Source of the DNA: Candidatus Saccharimonadales bacterium | GTDB taxonomy: Bacteria; Patescibacteriota; Saccharimonadia; Saccharimonadales; SZUA-47 | DNA: 64,000 bases | Assembly (NCBI GenBank): GCA_038211855.1 | Contig: JBBQVE010000001.1 | Location: 17,648 to 81,647, forward strand | Direction: 5' to 3' | Part shown: piece after piece, positions 39,587 to 48,954 of the stretch | Position numbering within the stretch: position 1 is the stretch's first letter | How the letters are laid out: each line of letters opens with the position of its first letter | Program-made: the position numbers and the translations under genes | The notes under the pieces: generated by a model | What the model was told of the DNA's origin: nothing | Databases searched by the model: none | The model's input: the letters and a program-made list of their open reading frames with translations, nothing else

Positions 39587-40309
39587 ATGAGTCAGCGTTC
39601 CAAGCTCGGTGTTCTGGTGGCAGAATTTTTCGGTACGGCCTTGCTCGCCAGTGCGGTTTTGGCAGAGGCAAATGCAGCCGGTCTCGTCGTAAACAAAAGT
39701 TGGTTTGTAGCGGCAACAGCAGGACTCACCATCTCGCTCCTGACGCTTACTATCGGTAAGCTGTCTGGTGCACATGTAAATCCAGCAATCACGATCGGTC
39801 TCTGGACTTTGCGCAAAGTTGAAACAGCGACCGCAGTTGCCTATGTGGCTGCCCAGCTGTTGGGTGGCGCAGTGGCGCTAAGCTTGTTTCAATACCTGCA
39901 AAACGATCTTATACAGGGCAAAAATGTTGCCTTTGATTGGCGGATATTCGTTGCCGAAATGCTTGGTACGATGATCTTTGGTTTTGGCGTCGCTGCTGTT
40001 GTTGTTCAGAAACTTAACGGTTACAAAGCTGCGTTCGCAGTCGGTACTTCGTTTATGCTTGGTGCGATCGTCGCGCAGACGGCGAGTAGTGGTTTTTTGA
40101 ACCCAGCTGTGGCACTCGCTAACAATAGTTGGAGCTGGGTGTATGCAGCTGCGCCAGTGCTCGGATCGGTCGTCGGTATGAATGTCTATGACTTTTTCAT
40201 CGCCCCAGAAAGCAGTTTTAAATCTTCTATTAGGCTCACACCCATCAAGCCTGTGTCGCCCGTTGTATCCAAGAAAACCACCAAGAAAACCAGCAAAAAG
40301 AAGCGCTAG
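39587..40309 (+). CDS. MIP-family channel (aquaporin / glycerol facilitator)
   Basis: Two NPA boxes (HVNPAITIG and LNPAVAL) are present, and AGAGGG lies 9 nt upstream of the ATG. There is a Lys-rich C-terminal tail. Confidence 0.8.
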   Translation: MSQRSKLGVLVAEFFGTALLASAVLAEANAAGLVVNKSWFVAATAGLTISLLTLTIGKLSGAHVNPAITIGLWTLRKVETATAVAYVAAQLLGGAVALSLFQYLQNDLIQGKNVAFDWRIFVAEMLGTMIFGFGVAAVVVQKLNGYKAAFAVGTSFMLGAIVAQTASSGFLNPAVALANNSWSWVYAAAPVLGSVVGMNVYDFFIAPESSFKSSIRLTPIKPVSPVVSKKTTKKTSKKKR

Positions 40310-43300
40310 TTATATCTTATCGTCGAGTAAGTCTTGCTCAAATTTTTCGATGCCGTGTATATCTTGTGAGTAGGCCGTAGTGTCAGGAAAATCTGTAGCT
40401 ATGATTTTCTTCCAGGCTTTTTGAATCAAAGTAGACATACGTGCAATTTCTTCGGAAGTAGGAGTATAGCTTTGGATAAGGTGTTTGATATCGGGTGATT
40501 CAACATAGACCATTTGACATTCGATAGCTGACCTGCCGGCCAATCGCGGTGTTTGGCTTGCTAGTAGTGCATAAAAAATAAGCTGGCTACGGTGACGCCA
40601 TGCTTTGACCGCTTTACTTTGATCATTCGTAAACAGACTAGTCAGTGGTTTGCCCGTTTTGTAGTCAGCAATGATGATTTTATTCGGATCTTGGCCATCA
40701 ATGCGATCTAGTTTACCGAGTAGTCGCACACCGCCTTCGAGCGTGCAGATGAGTTTTTGCTCACTATTACTTTTTGGTTGGAGCGTATAGCCATATGTCT
40801 CAAACAACGTACCAAGTGTTCTTTGACCGAGTGGCAAATAACGCTCGAATTCGTCAGAGAGGACCTGTTGCTCAACTAAGGCATCTTCGTAGGCTTGGAA
40901 GACCTCATCCAAATCAAATGCATCTTTGTTGACAAGCTTTTGAGCATATTCCAACGCAGCGTGTATGGCCGTACCGTAGGATTGACTCATGGTTTTTGCT
41001 TCTGGTAATCGCAGCAGATCGCGTTCTTTAAAATAGCCTGGACCGCCGACCGTCACATCCAAAAAATTTAAAAGTGCCGTCGGGCTGAGTGTGAATTCTT
41101 CGAGTACTGGTTGCAATAAAAAACTTTCTTTAGCATGACCAAGTTGTGGCCATGATAACGCTGATTCTAAGACTTTTTTGGGGTCGCCTGCATTTTGTAG
41201 CTCAATGCGTTTGGGTGGCAGAACTGCTCGAACAAATGGTGCGCTCAGCAATTCTTCGCCGAGTACGTTACTGTAGAAACTACTCACAAATAAAGAATGT
41301 TTGGCGCGCGTTGCGGCAACATAAAATAGTCGCGCGTAGTCATCGGCATCTTCGCCATAGGCTTGCAAAGGCAGGTTAACCGGCGACTTGCGGCCGCCGC
41401 GGTTTGGCTTCCAGTATTCTTCATTTGCATCAACTACGAAAACGGTGTCAAATTCAAGACCCTTGGCTTTATGCACGGTCAAAAGTTGCACGGCATCATT
41501 GCCACTTACGTACACGGAAGAGTCAGTGATGAGCCGCTTGTTTTCACGGTTCACATGTACGAACTTCATAAAGTCCGTTAAAGTCACTTCATTTTTAATA
41601 GAAAATTCGCGCGCCAAATCGGTCAGTAATCGGAGGGCCGAAAGCGCTTCTAAATAAGCTGAAGTTGTCGCCTTGTTTTCAAAGAAATGATTGCGTATTG
41701 GACTTGTAAACTTCTCATACGGTCGCAAGCCGACAATGTATTCGATCATCAAACTGAGCGGATTCGTAGCAGCGGCGCGCGCAAGCTCCATGAAGTCTTT
41801 CATAAGTTCTACAATTTGTGTATCCTCTGAGGCTAACAGGCTTTTAACCCAGTGCGGACGGTATCGATTGTCGATTGCCAGTTGCCACAATGCTTCTGTC
41901 GATACGCCCCACAAAGGCTCGCGTAGTAGCTCACTCAAAATGACGTTAGATGCAGCCTCGTTACCATTGTTAAGTTCAATGAGCAGATCACAGACCAGCA
42001 GTACTTGCACGACGACAGGATGGTTTAGCGCGTTATTTTGACGTTCATAACGAATCGCTACATCCAACGCTTGCAGTTGTTCAGCGAGGCGCAAGAGACT
42101 TTCGTGACCGCGCGCCAACACAGCAATCGTTCCGCTTTTTTTATGTGCAACAGCAATGGTGTTGGCAATAGCACTCAGTTGATGCTCGCGCGTGGGGTAC
42201 GAAAGATGCTGTATTGTTCCTTGCTCTGTTGGTTCTTTTTTGGCGATGAGGTTCTTGATGATGTCGGCTTCACGTTTGGTGAGCCGGTCATTTATTTGCT
42301 CGGCCAACAGATGTGCGGTGTTCAAAATCGCCTGACTAGATCGATAGTTTTCGACGAGTACAATCGCCTTTTTTATCTTGTAAAACGAGCGGAAATTGAG
42401 CATGTTGCTAAGTTCGGCGCCATTAAACTTAAAGATCGATTGATCGTCATCACCGACCGCCATCAGGTTCGGTTGACCATTGCTGGTGTGATGGTCTGCC
42501 ACAAGGTGGGCGAGGCGCAGCTGTGCCGGATTCGTGTCTTGAAATTCATCGATCAACACGTGCGTAAACTGTTCCTGCACATCACTGCGCAACTCAGTAT
42601 TTTGTTCCAACTGACTAATGACTTCAACAATCATATCCGAATAATCGTAGTAGCCACGAGTGTGCAATGTGTCGCGGTAGAGTTTGTAGACGTGTGACAG
42701 CTCGAGCCACCACTGGTTTATCGATCGTTCAGCATGCATGCCCTTGACGCCATCAACAGATTTTACAAAGCGTTGCTTCCATTTGCTCGTGTTCGTGGCT
42801 TTGCCTGTATCAGCATCTAATGCAATTGCTTGTTTCAAACTTTCTACTAAAACACTGCGTAAAGACAAAAGTGGTGTAATAGCTGTATCAATTGACTGCT
42901 CCGGCAATGCTTCAATATTTGTTAATAATCCATATAATTTTTTGTAACTCAGTGTTTCGCTCAAAATGTCGACGACATCAGCTTCAATAAGATCAATATA
43001 GTCCAAATTTACAGAAATGATTGTCTCGAGTTTTTCGGGCGTTAATCCTGCCTCTTTAGTGAGTTTGAGAGCGTTTTGAACCGCTGTGGTGCCGGTCAGC
43101 TCACCTGCAAACCGTTTGGCTAAGGGATTATCGAGTGGAAGCGACATCAGGATTTCTTGAATCACTTCCAGCTGTACCGTATCAGGCACTGTTCCAAGTC
43201 GAGCCCCATTCCAAAAATAATCTGGATAGTCATTCATGATGTCAGCCGCAAAACTATGAAAAGTCCGCACGGCGACTTTATAGGCGGCCGGGCCAATAAA

Positions 43301-43537
43301 ATCAAATAGGCGGTCGCGCATATTGGTGGCCGCCTTGTTGGTAAACGTCAAACAGAGGATATTTTGGGGGCTCGTATCGGTGTTTTGCAGAATATATGCG
43401 ACGCGAACGCTTAAAAGCTGTGTTTTACCTGTTCCTGGCCCGGCGATAACCAATAAAGGGCCCTCGATATGTTCGACGGCTGCGCGTTGTTCGTTATTGA
43501 GTTCTTTTAGTGCTTTTTCATAAGGAGTCATTCTCAT
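40310..43537 (-). CDS. UvrD/PcrA-type SF1 helicase fused to a C-terminal PD-(D/E)xK (RecB-family) nuclease (AddA-like)
   Basis: 1075 aa. The Walker A motif is AGPGTGKTQ and helicase motifs run throughout. The C-terminal motif RIDGQDPNKIIIADYKTGK matches the RecB/Cas4 nuclease signature. Confidence 0.7.
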   Translation of the reverse strand: MRMTPYEKALKELNNEQRAAVEHIEGPLLVIAGPGTGKTQLLSVRVAYILQNTDTSPQNILCLTFTNKAATNMRDRLFDFIGPAAYKVAVRTFHSFAADIMNDYPDYFWNGARLGTVPDTVQLEVIQEILMSLPLDNPLAKRFAGELTGTTAVQNALKLTKEAGLTPEKLETIISVNLDYIDLIEADVVDILSETLSYKKLYGLLTNIEALPEQSIDTAITPLLSLRSVLVESLKQAIALDADTGKATNTSKWKQRFVKSVDGVKGMHAERSINQWWLELSHVYKLYRDTLHTRGYYDYSDMIVEVISQLEQNTELRSDVQEQFTHVLIDEFQDTNPAQLRLAHLVADHHTSNGQPNLMAVGDDDQSIFKFNGAELSNMLNFRSFYKIKKAIVLVENYRSSQAILNTAHLLAEQINDRLTKREADIIKNLIAKKEPTEQGTIQHLSYPTREHQLSAIANTIAVAHKKSGTIAVLARGHESLLRLAEQLQALDVAIRYERQNNALNHPVVVQVLLVCDLLIELNNGNEAASNVILSELLREPLWGVSTEALWQLAIDNRYRPHWVKSLLASEDTQIVELMKDFMELARAAATNPLSLMIEYIVGLRPYEKFTSPIRNHFFENKATTSAYLEALSALRLLTDLAREFSIKNEVTLTDFMKFVHVNRENKRLITDSSVYVSGNDAVQLLTVHKAKGLEFDTVFVVDANEEYWKPNRGGRKSPVNLPLQAYGEDADDYARLFYVAATRAKHSLFVSSFYSNVLGEELLSAPFVRAVLPPKRIELQNAGDPKKVLESALSWPQLGHAKESFLLQPVLEEFTLSPTALLNFLDVTVGGPGYFKERDLLRLPEAKTMSQSYGTAIHAALEYAQKLVNKDAFDLDEVFQAYEDALVEQQVLSDEFERYLPLGQRTLGTLFETYGYTLQPKSNSEQKLICTLEGGVRLLGKLDRIDGQDPNKIIIADYKTGKPLTSLFTNDQSKAVKAWRHRSQLIFYALLASQTPRLAGRSAIECQMVYVESPDIKHLIQSYTPTSEEIARMSTLIQKAWKKIIATDFPDTTAYSQDIHGIEKFEQDLLDDKI

Positions 43538-43566
43538 CTATTGTAGCGCGCTGACACTATTAGAAG

Positions 43567-46047
43567 CTACCCCGTCGATGGCTCAGTGTAGAGTCTTTCG
43601 ATAGTAACATTCCACGGATCATCGTCAACGATTGCATCGACCAACTCATTGAATAAGTCGTAGTTTCTCAGTTTTGAGGCGCAAAAAAGCTGGATGACAT
43701 CGAGTCGGTTACCGGTAGGTAACTTTGCCTGAAGCGTCCTAGCAGCCTCAAGGGCGGTTTCAAAATCACCCGCCAAGAGCTTATGCATTATTGGCTGCAA
43801 TTTTTTACGAGGCACCTGCATTTTGTCAGCAAGTTTCTCGGTGATATGGCGACGAACTTTCGGATGTGTCGCACCATCCTCGTAAAGGTTATACAGACCA
43901 TCAAAATCACCATTCAACAAGTAGATATCAGCAAGGAACGCACGTGATTTTCTCTGATTTTTATAGTCATCAAACTTGCCTAATTCGTAAGCATTAATAA
44001 GTTGCTCCATTACAGTAGAGTCGTTCGAATTATATATGTCATATTGCTTCATGAACCTGCTAGCTATACCCCATTCGCCGGCACTAACAGCCCACTGCAT
44101 ACCGATTTCGCACATTATTTCACATACGTAGGGGACATCGCTCATCCAAGTGCCCCTGGAACGTCGCCACATGCCGGCGAATGGGACCAAAGGGTCATCT
44201 TCTGCAACGGCTGCCAGCATCATCATGACCGGTTCGTATGATTTTAAGATCTCCATAAATTCATCTGCGTATGGGCCTTCAAATTTTTCGAGCTCCGTTA
44301 AATCCGGATGTTTAATTTTGAGCTCAACTAAGCGATCATCACCTTCAAAAAAACTTCTAATCATGCGGTTTTTTATGACGTTTTCAGTATCAAAATCCGG
44401 ATGACGATGGGCGACCTTAAGGGCATCTGCAAAATCAATGTAACGCATATCGTCGATGAGCATTTCGGTCAAAAGTTCATGGCCAATTTTGCTATTCGGA
44501 TAGTGGTCTATGAACTGACGGACGACTCGTTCACTTAAACCGCCAATTCTCGCGGCAGGTAGCTGGGCGATGAACTTAAGGGTATGCGTCTCTAATGAAG
44601 CACCATTCGTTAACTGTTCGAGTGCTGCCATCATCATAGAATGTTTGAGCGGACTCCCACTGCGACCCACCATATCAAAAAACGCACACCACAGATCGTT
44701 CTTATCTTCCCCGGCATCATGTAGCAAATTCAGCTCATTGTATGCGGTTTCTATGTCAGCATCACTCGGTTCTTCATTGCAGTTTATGCGGTAGCTCAGT
44801 TCTTCTAAAGCACTGTGTACTAATGTTTCCGGCTCTAAAGTGTCGGCAAGCAGATCGGTCGGAATCAAACTTGTAATATGGCGGAGGATATTCGATGTCA
44901 CGGTCATTTTATCCTCAAATGTTGGCTCATACTGCACGACGTTTTCCAGTCCACCGAAGTTGCCGTAATTGATTTCATAAGCCACAACTTCGCCTTTCAT
45001 CGTGATCGATAGGTCGCTGCCATAGAGAGCCTGATGGCCCAGTCCACGGTGAAATTCTGTAACTACTCTTTCTGCATCTTCTCTGTCGACGCCGATTTGT
45101 TCGAGCTTTTTCATAATCCAATCAAAGGAATGTTCGGTAGCACCGAGTGCAAAGTTTATCGGACCACCTTCAGCTGCGACGCGGGCGTATGAACCAAAGT
45201 AGTTGCCACCGCCACCGATACCACGGAGGTTCCAGTGCTTCATTCGGAGATTGTCGTCGATAATTGGAATCGGCTCTTTCAGCGCTTCGACAATGACGCC
45301 GTTGCCATCATCAATTAAAGTATTGGCATGGGCTACTGCCGCATTTAGCTCGTCACCAGCGAAGAACTTCACTCCCATTCCGCGGGCACCCCGCTTCGGT
45401 TTAACGACGATACCTCCAGGGCTATTTTGCTTCGTGAATAGTGCCAATTTAATTGCTGTTGGTCTTCTATCCGATTCAAATCCTATACTCGGAATAAAGG
45501 GGACTTGCCCCGCTAGTAGCTTTTTTGCCTTCGCTTTGTCACCCATTTCGGTGTATGTCTCGGCATCCATGGCGACCGGGATGTTATGCGATTCAAGTAT
45601 CGCTTTGCTCTCCTCATTAAAAGGATCCGACAACACGAAGTCGATCCGTACTGGCGCATCAAAGTGACCGATGCAAATTTTGCCAGCGGCATTCAACGTG
45701 GCGCCATGATTCGCCCACAATTTTGCATGGCGTGCTTCAAGGTCGTGGGCCGCCCAAGGAAACAGAATGACCACATTCGGCGCGTCTTCGCCTGCTTCAC
45801 GTAAGCGGGCAGCGGTAATTCCGAGAAATTCCTGTCCCGAAAAGCTACTATGGGCTATACCGATTGTCGGTTGCGATGGATCGATGTCGGTTGAATTCGT
45901 ATGATCGGTGGTTGTGAGAGGTATGAGTGGAGCAAAATCTTCGACAACCCCATACGCTGTACGCAGTTCCCGGATGGCTGGACGGAGGTAGTCCATATCC
46001 AACTTGTTAATTACTTCCGCATGAAAGGAGTCTGCTTGCAAGGACAT
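43567..46047 (-). CDS. Large ATP-grasp-domain fusion protein (N-terminal ATP-grasp, ~370-aa alpha-helical C-terminal domain)
   Basis: 826 aa. The ATP-grasp P-loop GGIVVKPKRGARGMGVKFF is followed by GVIVEALKEP and then a helical domain with no recognised motif. Confidence 0.4.
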   Translation of the reverse strand: MSLQADSFHAEVINKLDMDYLRPAIRELRTAYGVVEDFAPLIPLTTTDHTNSTDIDPSQPTIGIAHSSFSGQEFLGITAARLREAGEDAPNVVILFPWAAHDLEARHAKLWANHGATLNAAGKICIGHFDAPVRIDFVLSDPFNEESKAILESHNIPVAMDAETYTEMGDKAKAKKLLAGQVPFIPSIGFESDRRPTAIKLALFTKQNSPGGIVVKPKRGARGMGVKFFAGDELNAAVAHANTLIDDGNGVIVEALKEPIPIIDDNLRMKHWNLRGIGGGGNYFGSYARVAAEGGPINFALGATEHSFDWIMKKLEQIGVDREDAERVVTEFHRGLGHQALYGSDLSITMKGEVVAYEINYGNFGGLENVVQYEPTFEDKMTVTSNILRHITSLIPTDLLADTLEPETLVHSALEELSYRINCNEEPSDADIETAYNELNLLHDAGEDKNDLWCAFFDMVGRSGSPLKHSMMMAALEQLTNGASLETHTLKFIAQLPAARIGGLSERVVRQFIDHYPNSKIGHELLTEMLIDDMRYIDFADALKVAHRHPDFDTENVIKNRMIRSFFEGDDRLVELKIKHPDLTELEKFEGPYADEFMEILKSYEPVMMMLAAVAEDDPLVPFAGMWRRSRGTWMSDVPYVCEIMCEIGMQWAVSAGEWGIASRFMKQYDIYNSNDSTVMEQLINAYELGKFDDYKNQRKSRAFLADIYLLNGDFDGLYNLYEDGATHPKVRRHITEKLADKMQVPRKKLQPIMHKLLAGDFETALEAARTLQAKLPTGNRLDVIQLFCASKLRNYDLFNELVDAIVDDDPWNVTIERLYTEPSTG

Positions 46048-46105
46048 ATTCGAATTACTATAACACTTACGGCAAGAATATCCAATAAAGGTATACTAGT
46101 GAAAG

Positions 46106-47086
46106 ATGATATCGTTTGAACTTCCCCCAGAACTGATTGCTCAGACTCCTGCAGTGCCCCGCGACAGCGCCCGTTTGCTGGTGTATGACCGCATAACAGG
46201 CTCCATAACAGATAGTGTTTTTAGCGAAATGAACGAGTTTTTGCCAGCCGCTACGACGCTGGTCGTTAATAATAGTAAGGTTGAAGACTGCCGCTGGTTG
46301 TTTGATGACGGCAAAACCGAGTTATTCGTCCTCGAAAAGCTTGATACGCACACCATACGTGCCCTCGTTCGCCCAGGTAAAAAGTTCAAAATTGGCACTT
46401 CCACAGCTATTACAGACTGGCTCAGCGTTGAAAACGTGGCAACTGATGACGCTGGCATCCGCACCTTGCGCCTCAATGTGCCGCATGATGACCAACGCCT
46501 AAGGGCCTACGAACACGTCCCCTTGCCGCCATATATCGCTCAAAACGATACTTTAAAGGCCGAGTACCAGACGGTGTATGCCAAACCGCTCGGCAGCAAG
46601 GCTGCACCGACCGCTGGATTGCACTTTACAGATGAACTAATGGCCAAAATCGCTGAAACCCACGATATTGCTGAAGTTACACTTCACGTCGGGCTGGGAA
46701 CCTTTGCAAAATTGACAGACCAGCAGCTCAAAAGCGGTCATCTGCACAAGGAAGCCTATGAAATCGACCAAAATACAGCCAAGTTACTAAACAAAGCATC
46801 GCACCGTACTGCGGTCGGTACAACATCGGTCAGAACCCTCGAATCTGCCTGGAAACCAACCGGCTACACGGCCGAAAAGTCTCAAACGTCGATTCTAATC
46901 CAGCCCGGCTATGAATTTAAGGCGGTCAACGCTCTGATTACGAATTTTCACTTGCCAACCACCAGCCTATTACTTCTCGTCGAAGCCTTTATTGGTTGCG
47001 AATCAGAACTCCAAAGAATCTACGACCACGCCATCCAAGAAAAATACCGTTTTTACTCATTTGGCGACGCTATGCTGATTGTTTGA
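46106..47086 (+). CDS. queA: S-adenosylmethionine:tRNA ribosyltransferase-isomerase
   Basis: 326 aa with FELPPELIAQTP, LLVYDR and typical QueA architecture. Confidence 0.8.
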   Translation: MISFELPPELIAQTPAVPRDSARLLVYDRITGSITDSVFSEMNEFLPAATTLVVNNSKVEDCRWLFDDGKTELFVLEKLDTHTIRALVRPGKKFKIGTSTAITDWLSVENVATDDAGIRTLRLNVPHDDQRLRAYEHVPLPPYIAQNDTLKAEYQTVYAKPLGSKAAPTAGLHFTDELMAKIAETHDIAEVTLHVGLGTFAKLTDQQLKSGHLHKEAYEIDQNTAKLLNKASHRTAVGTTSVRTLESAWKPTGYTAEKSQTSILIQPGYEFKAVNALITNFHLPTTSLLLLVEAFIGCESELQRIYDHAIQEKYRFYSFGDAMLIV

Positions 47087-48014
47087 TAATGACAAGTTTC
47101 ATTGGGCGATTTTTTGGACGACGGGCTCGCGGTGAAAATTCTCTTTCTTTGGCAGTAAAGTATTCGGCCAAATCGATGATGTCGGCTTCGTCGTAAGGTG
47201 GTTCGCCAGTTGCTTGCATATGATTCACGAAGTCTGCCGCTCGGCGCAATCCAGCGCTGAATTTACTTATTTTGCGCCCATGGAACCTGGCATGACCGAG
47301 GGCTACGGCACCGTAGCTGGCCTTACTTGTTTCTATCTTGCCGCTCGCTAGTTCATATGATTCGCCGACGTAATTACGCTTTAACAGTGGTCGTTCGTCT
47401 GTATTGATGGTTCTTCTAATAAGCACATTGGCTGCCAACATGTAGGCTTCAATTACATCCTCGGCGCATTTCACGCGCGGTACTTCTTCGCCCAGCAAGT
47501 GATGCCGAAGGAGCGTGGCAACGCTGTACATGTCGACGAGGTTAGAATCACTATCTGCAAGGCGATCATTGAACTTTTTATAAGTGATGCCATGAGCTTG
47601 GACCCGCGATGGCTCATAAGAAATCGCCCCTATGCCATTCGCATTAATACCAAACGTAAGTGTCATCGCAGCAATACCTATAGGAGTAAATCGATCAAGA
47701 CTCAGCATTTCGGTCGCCTGGTCAGGAAAAAGCGGATTGCAGACCCGTCGTTTACCTTGCGTGGAATATTCGCTACGCACTTTCTCAATGGCGGGATCAA
47801 CATAAATAGTTCCGCGCAAAAGGCCGACGTTTGCTAAATGGACGCGCGCTAAAAATTCACCGTCACCCAAATCATGCGCGGCAATTTGATCGTCAACTTC
47901 AAACAGTGGTCGGTCATCAACGGCAATACCGTCGTGGTAAAAAGGGCGTTTAATAAGTTCTTGGTGTGAGGGGTACCAGAGGGGCGATGCTAAGTCAGCG
48001 CCGGAGAGTGACAT
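47070..48014 (-). CDS. Minimal RNB-domain protein (RNase II/R catalytic domain only)
   Basis: 314 aa. The motif-I-like segment IAVDDRPLFEVDDQIAAHDLGDGEFLARVHLANV resembles FTID..D.DDA....DG..L.VHIADV. The motif-IV-like segment HARFHGRKISKFSAGLRRAADFVNH resembles HFGL...Y.HFTSPIRRY.DL.VHR. Cold-shock and S1 domains are absent. Confidence 0.45.
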   Translation of the reverse strand: MSLSGADLASPLWYPSHQELIKRPFYHDGIAVDDRPLFEVDDQIAAHDLGDGEFLARVHLANVGLLRGTIYVDPAIEKVRSEYSTQGKRRVCNPLFPDQATEMLSLDRFTPIGIAAMTLTFGINANGIGAISYEPSRVQAHGITYKKFNDRLADSDSNLVDMYSVATLLRHHLLGEEVPRVKCAEDVIEAYMLAANVLIRRTINTDERPLLKRNYVGESYELASGKIETSKASYGAVALGHARFHGRKISKFSAGLRRAADFVNHMQATGEPPYDEADIIDLAEYFTAKEREFSPRARRPKNRPMKLVIIKQSA

Positions 48015-48081
48015 GCAACATCTCTTTCATACTCGTATCAAAACACAAGCAGGATTCGGGGGGAAGAAAGTGTGACTTTTA

Positions 48082-48906
48082 TCACAATTTCTGGAGTAGT
48101 AGTTCGATTTGGTCGAGCTTGCAGGCGACGCCAGCGTCTTTGTTGGCAAGGGTACGTACTGCAGTGGGATCGGTCATGAAGTAGGCGAACATCTCGGCTT
48201 TATCTTCTTCGATAGCCGATGTAGCATAGCCATCAACAAAGCCGTATGAGGGGTGTTGTTTGTGTGCAAAATCAGGGTTCGAATACATTGCTGAACCACC
48301 GTTGCCGTACTTGACGCTCGGATGGTTACAGCTGGACCAGATGTCATCTTTTGGAGCAAAACTGCCAAGTAAATCATATTCGATAAGATGGTTGAACTCG
48401 TGGTGAAAGGTGCGGCGCATATAGTCGCCGTTTTCGCTTTGTAGATTTGCGTCAGAGACATCAAAATATAGTGCATGTTCAAAGCGTGGTTCTGGCATTC
48501 CAGATCGATATTGGCCATCAACTGAGAGGTTCGCGACCAAATAGATCGATTTCAGTCCACTTGTTTTGATTGCATGCGTCGAATATCTTGAGAATTCGTT
48601 TTGTAATTCACTGGCGGCTTGGAGAACATTGGCGTCGGCTGCTTTGTATTCGCCCCATGAAACTGCTGGAACAGCGCTTTTTGGTGACGCGGACAAAGTA
48701 ATACTGCGCTCCTTAAAAAAAGCCTGAGCTGTGGTAAAACTGGCTGCATTAACGGACACGGAGTGATCAACGGGTTGAGCTGCAGCTACTGGTGAAGCAG
48801 GCGCATTCAAAGCGACAGCGTGCAACTGTGCAATTGAGTAAAAACCAACAAAAACGACACCCATAAGGGTACCGAGAGCCAGTAAAAGCGATAACCACCG
48901 TTTCAT
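48082..48906 (-). CDS. Secreted zinc metallopeptidase (HExxH)
   Basis: A signal peptide (MKRWLSLLLALGTLMGVVFVGF) and HHEFNH are present. Confidence 0.45.
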   Translation of the reverse strand: MKRWLSLLLALGTLMGVVFVGFYSIAQLHAVALNAPASPVAAAQPVDHSVSVNAASFTTAQAFFKERSITLSASPKSAVPAVSWGEYKAADANVLQAASELQNEFSRYSTHAIKTSGLKSIYLVANLSVDGQYRSGMPEPRFEHALYFDVSDANLQSENGDYMRRTFHHEFNHLIEYDLLGSFAPKDDIWSSCNHPSVKYGNGGSAMYSNPDFAHKQHPSYGFVDGYATSAIEEDKAEMFAYFMTDPTAVRTLANKDAGVACKLDQIELLLQKL

Positions 48907-48954
48907 AAGAGTTATTATAGCATAAACGTTATAAAATTACAAGAGTGTATGCTG

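Noticed and set aside
39455-39775. 107-codon N-terminal extension of the Kup ORF
   Set aside because: It is Cys/Arg-rich and unconserved-looking. Kup homologs begin at the MSNKKTPLLVL-type sequence at 39454.
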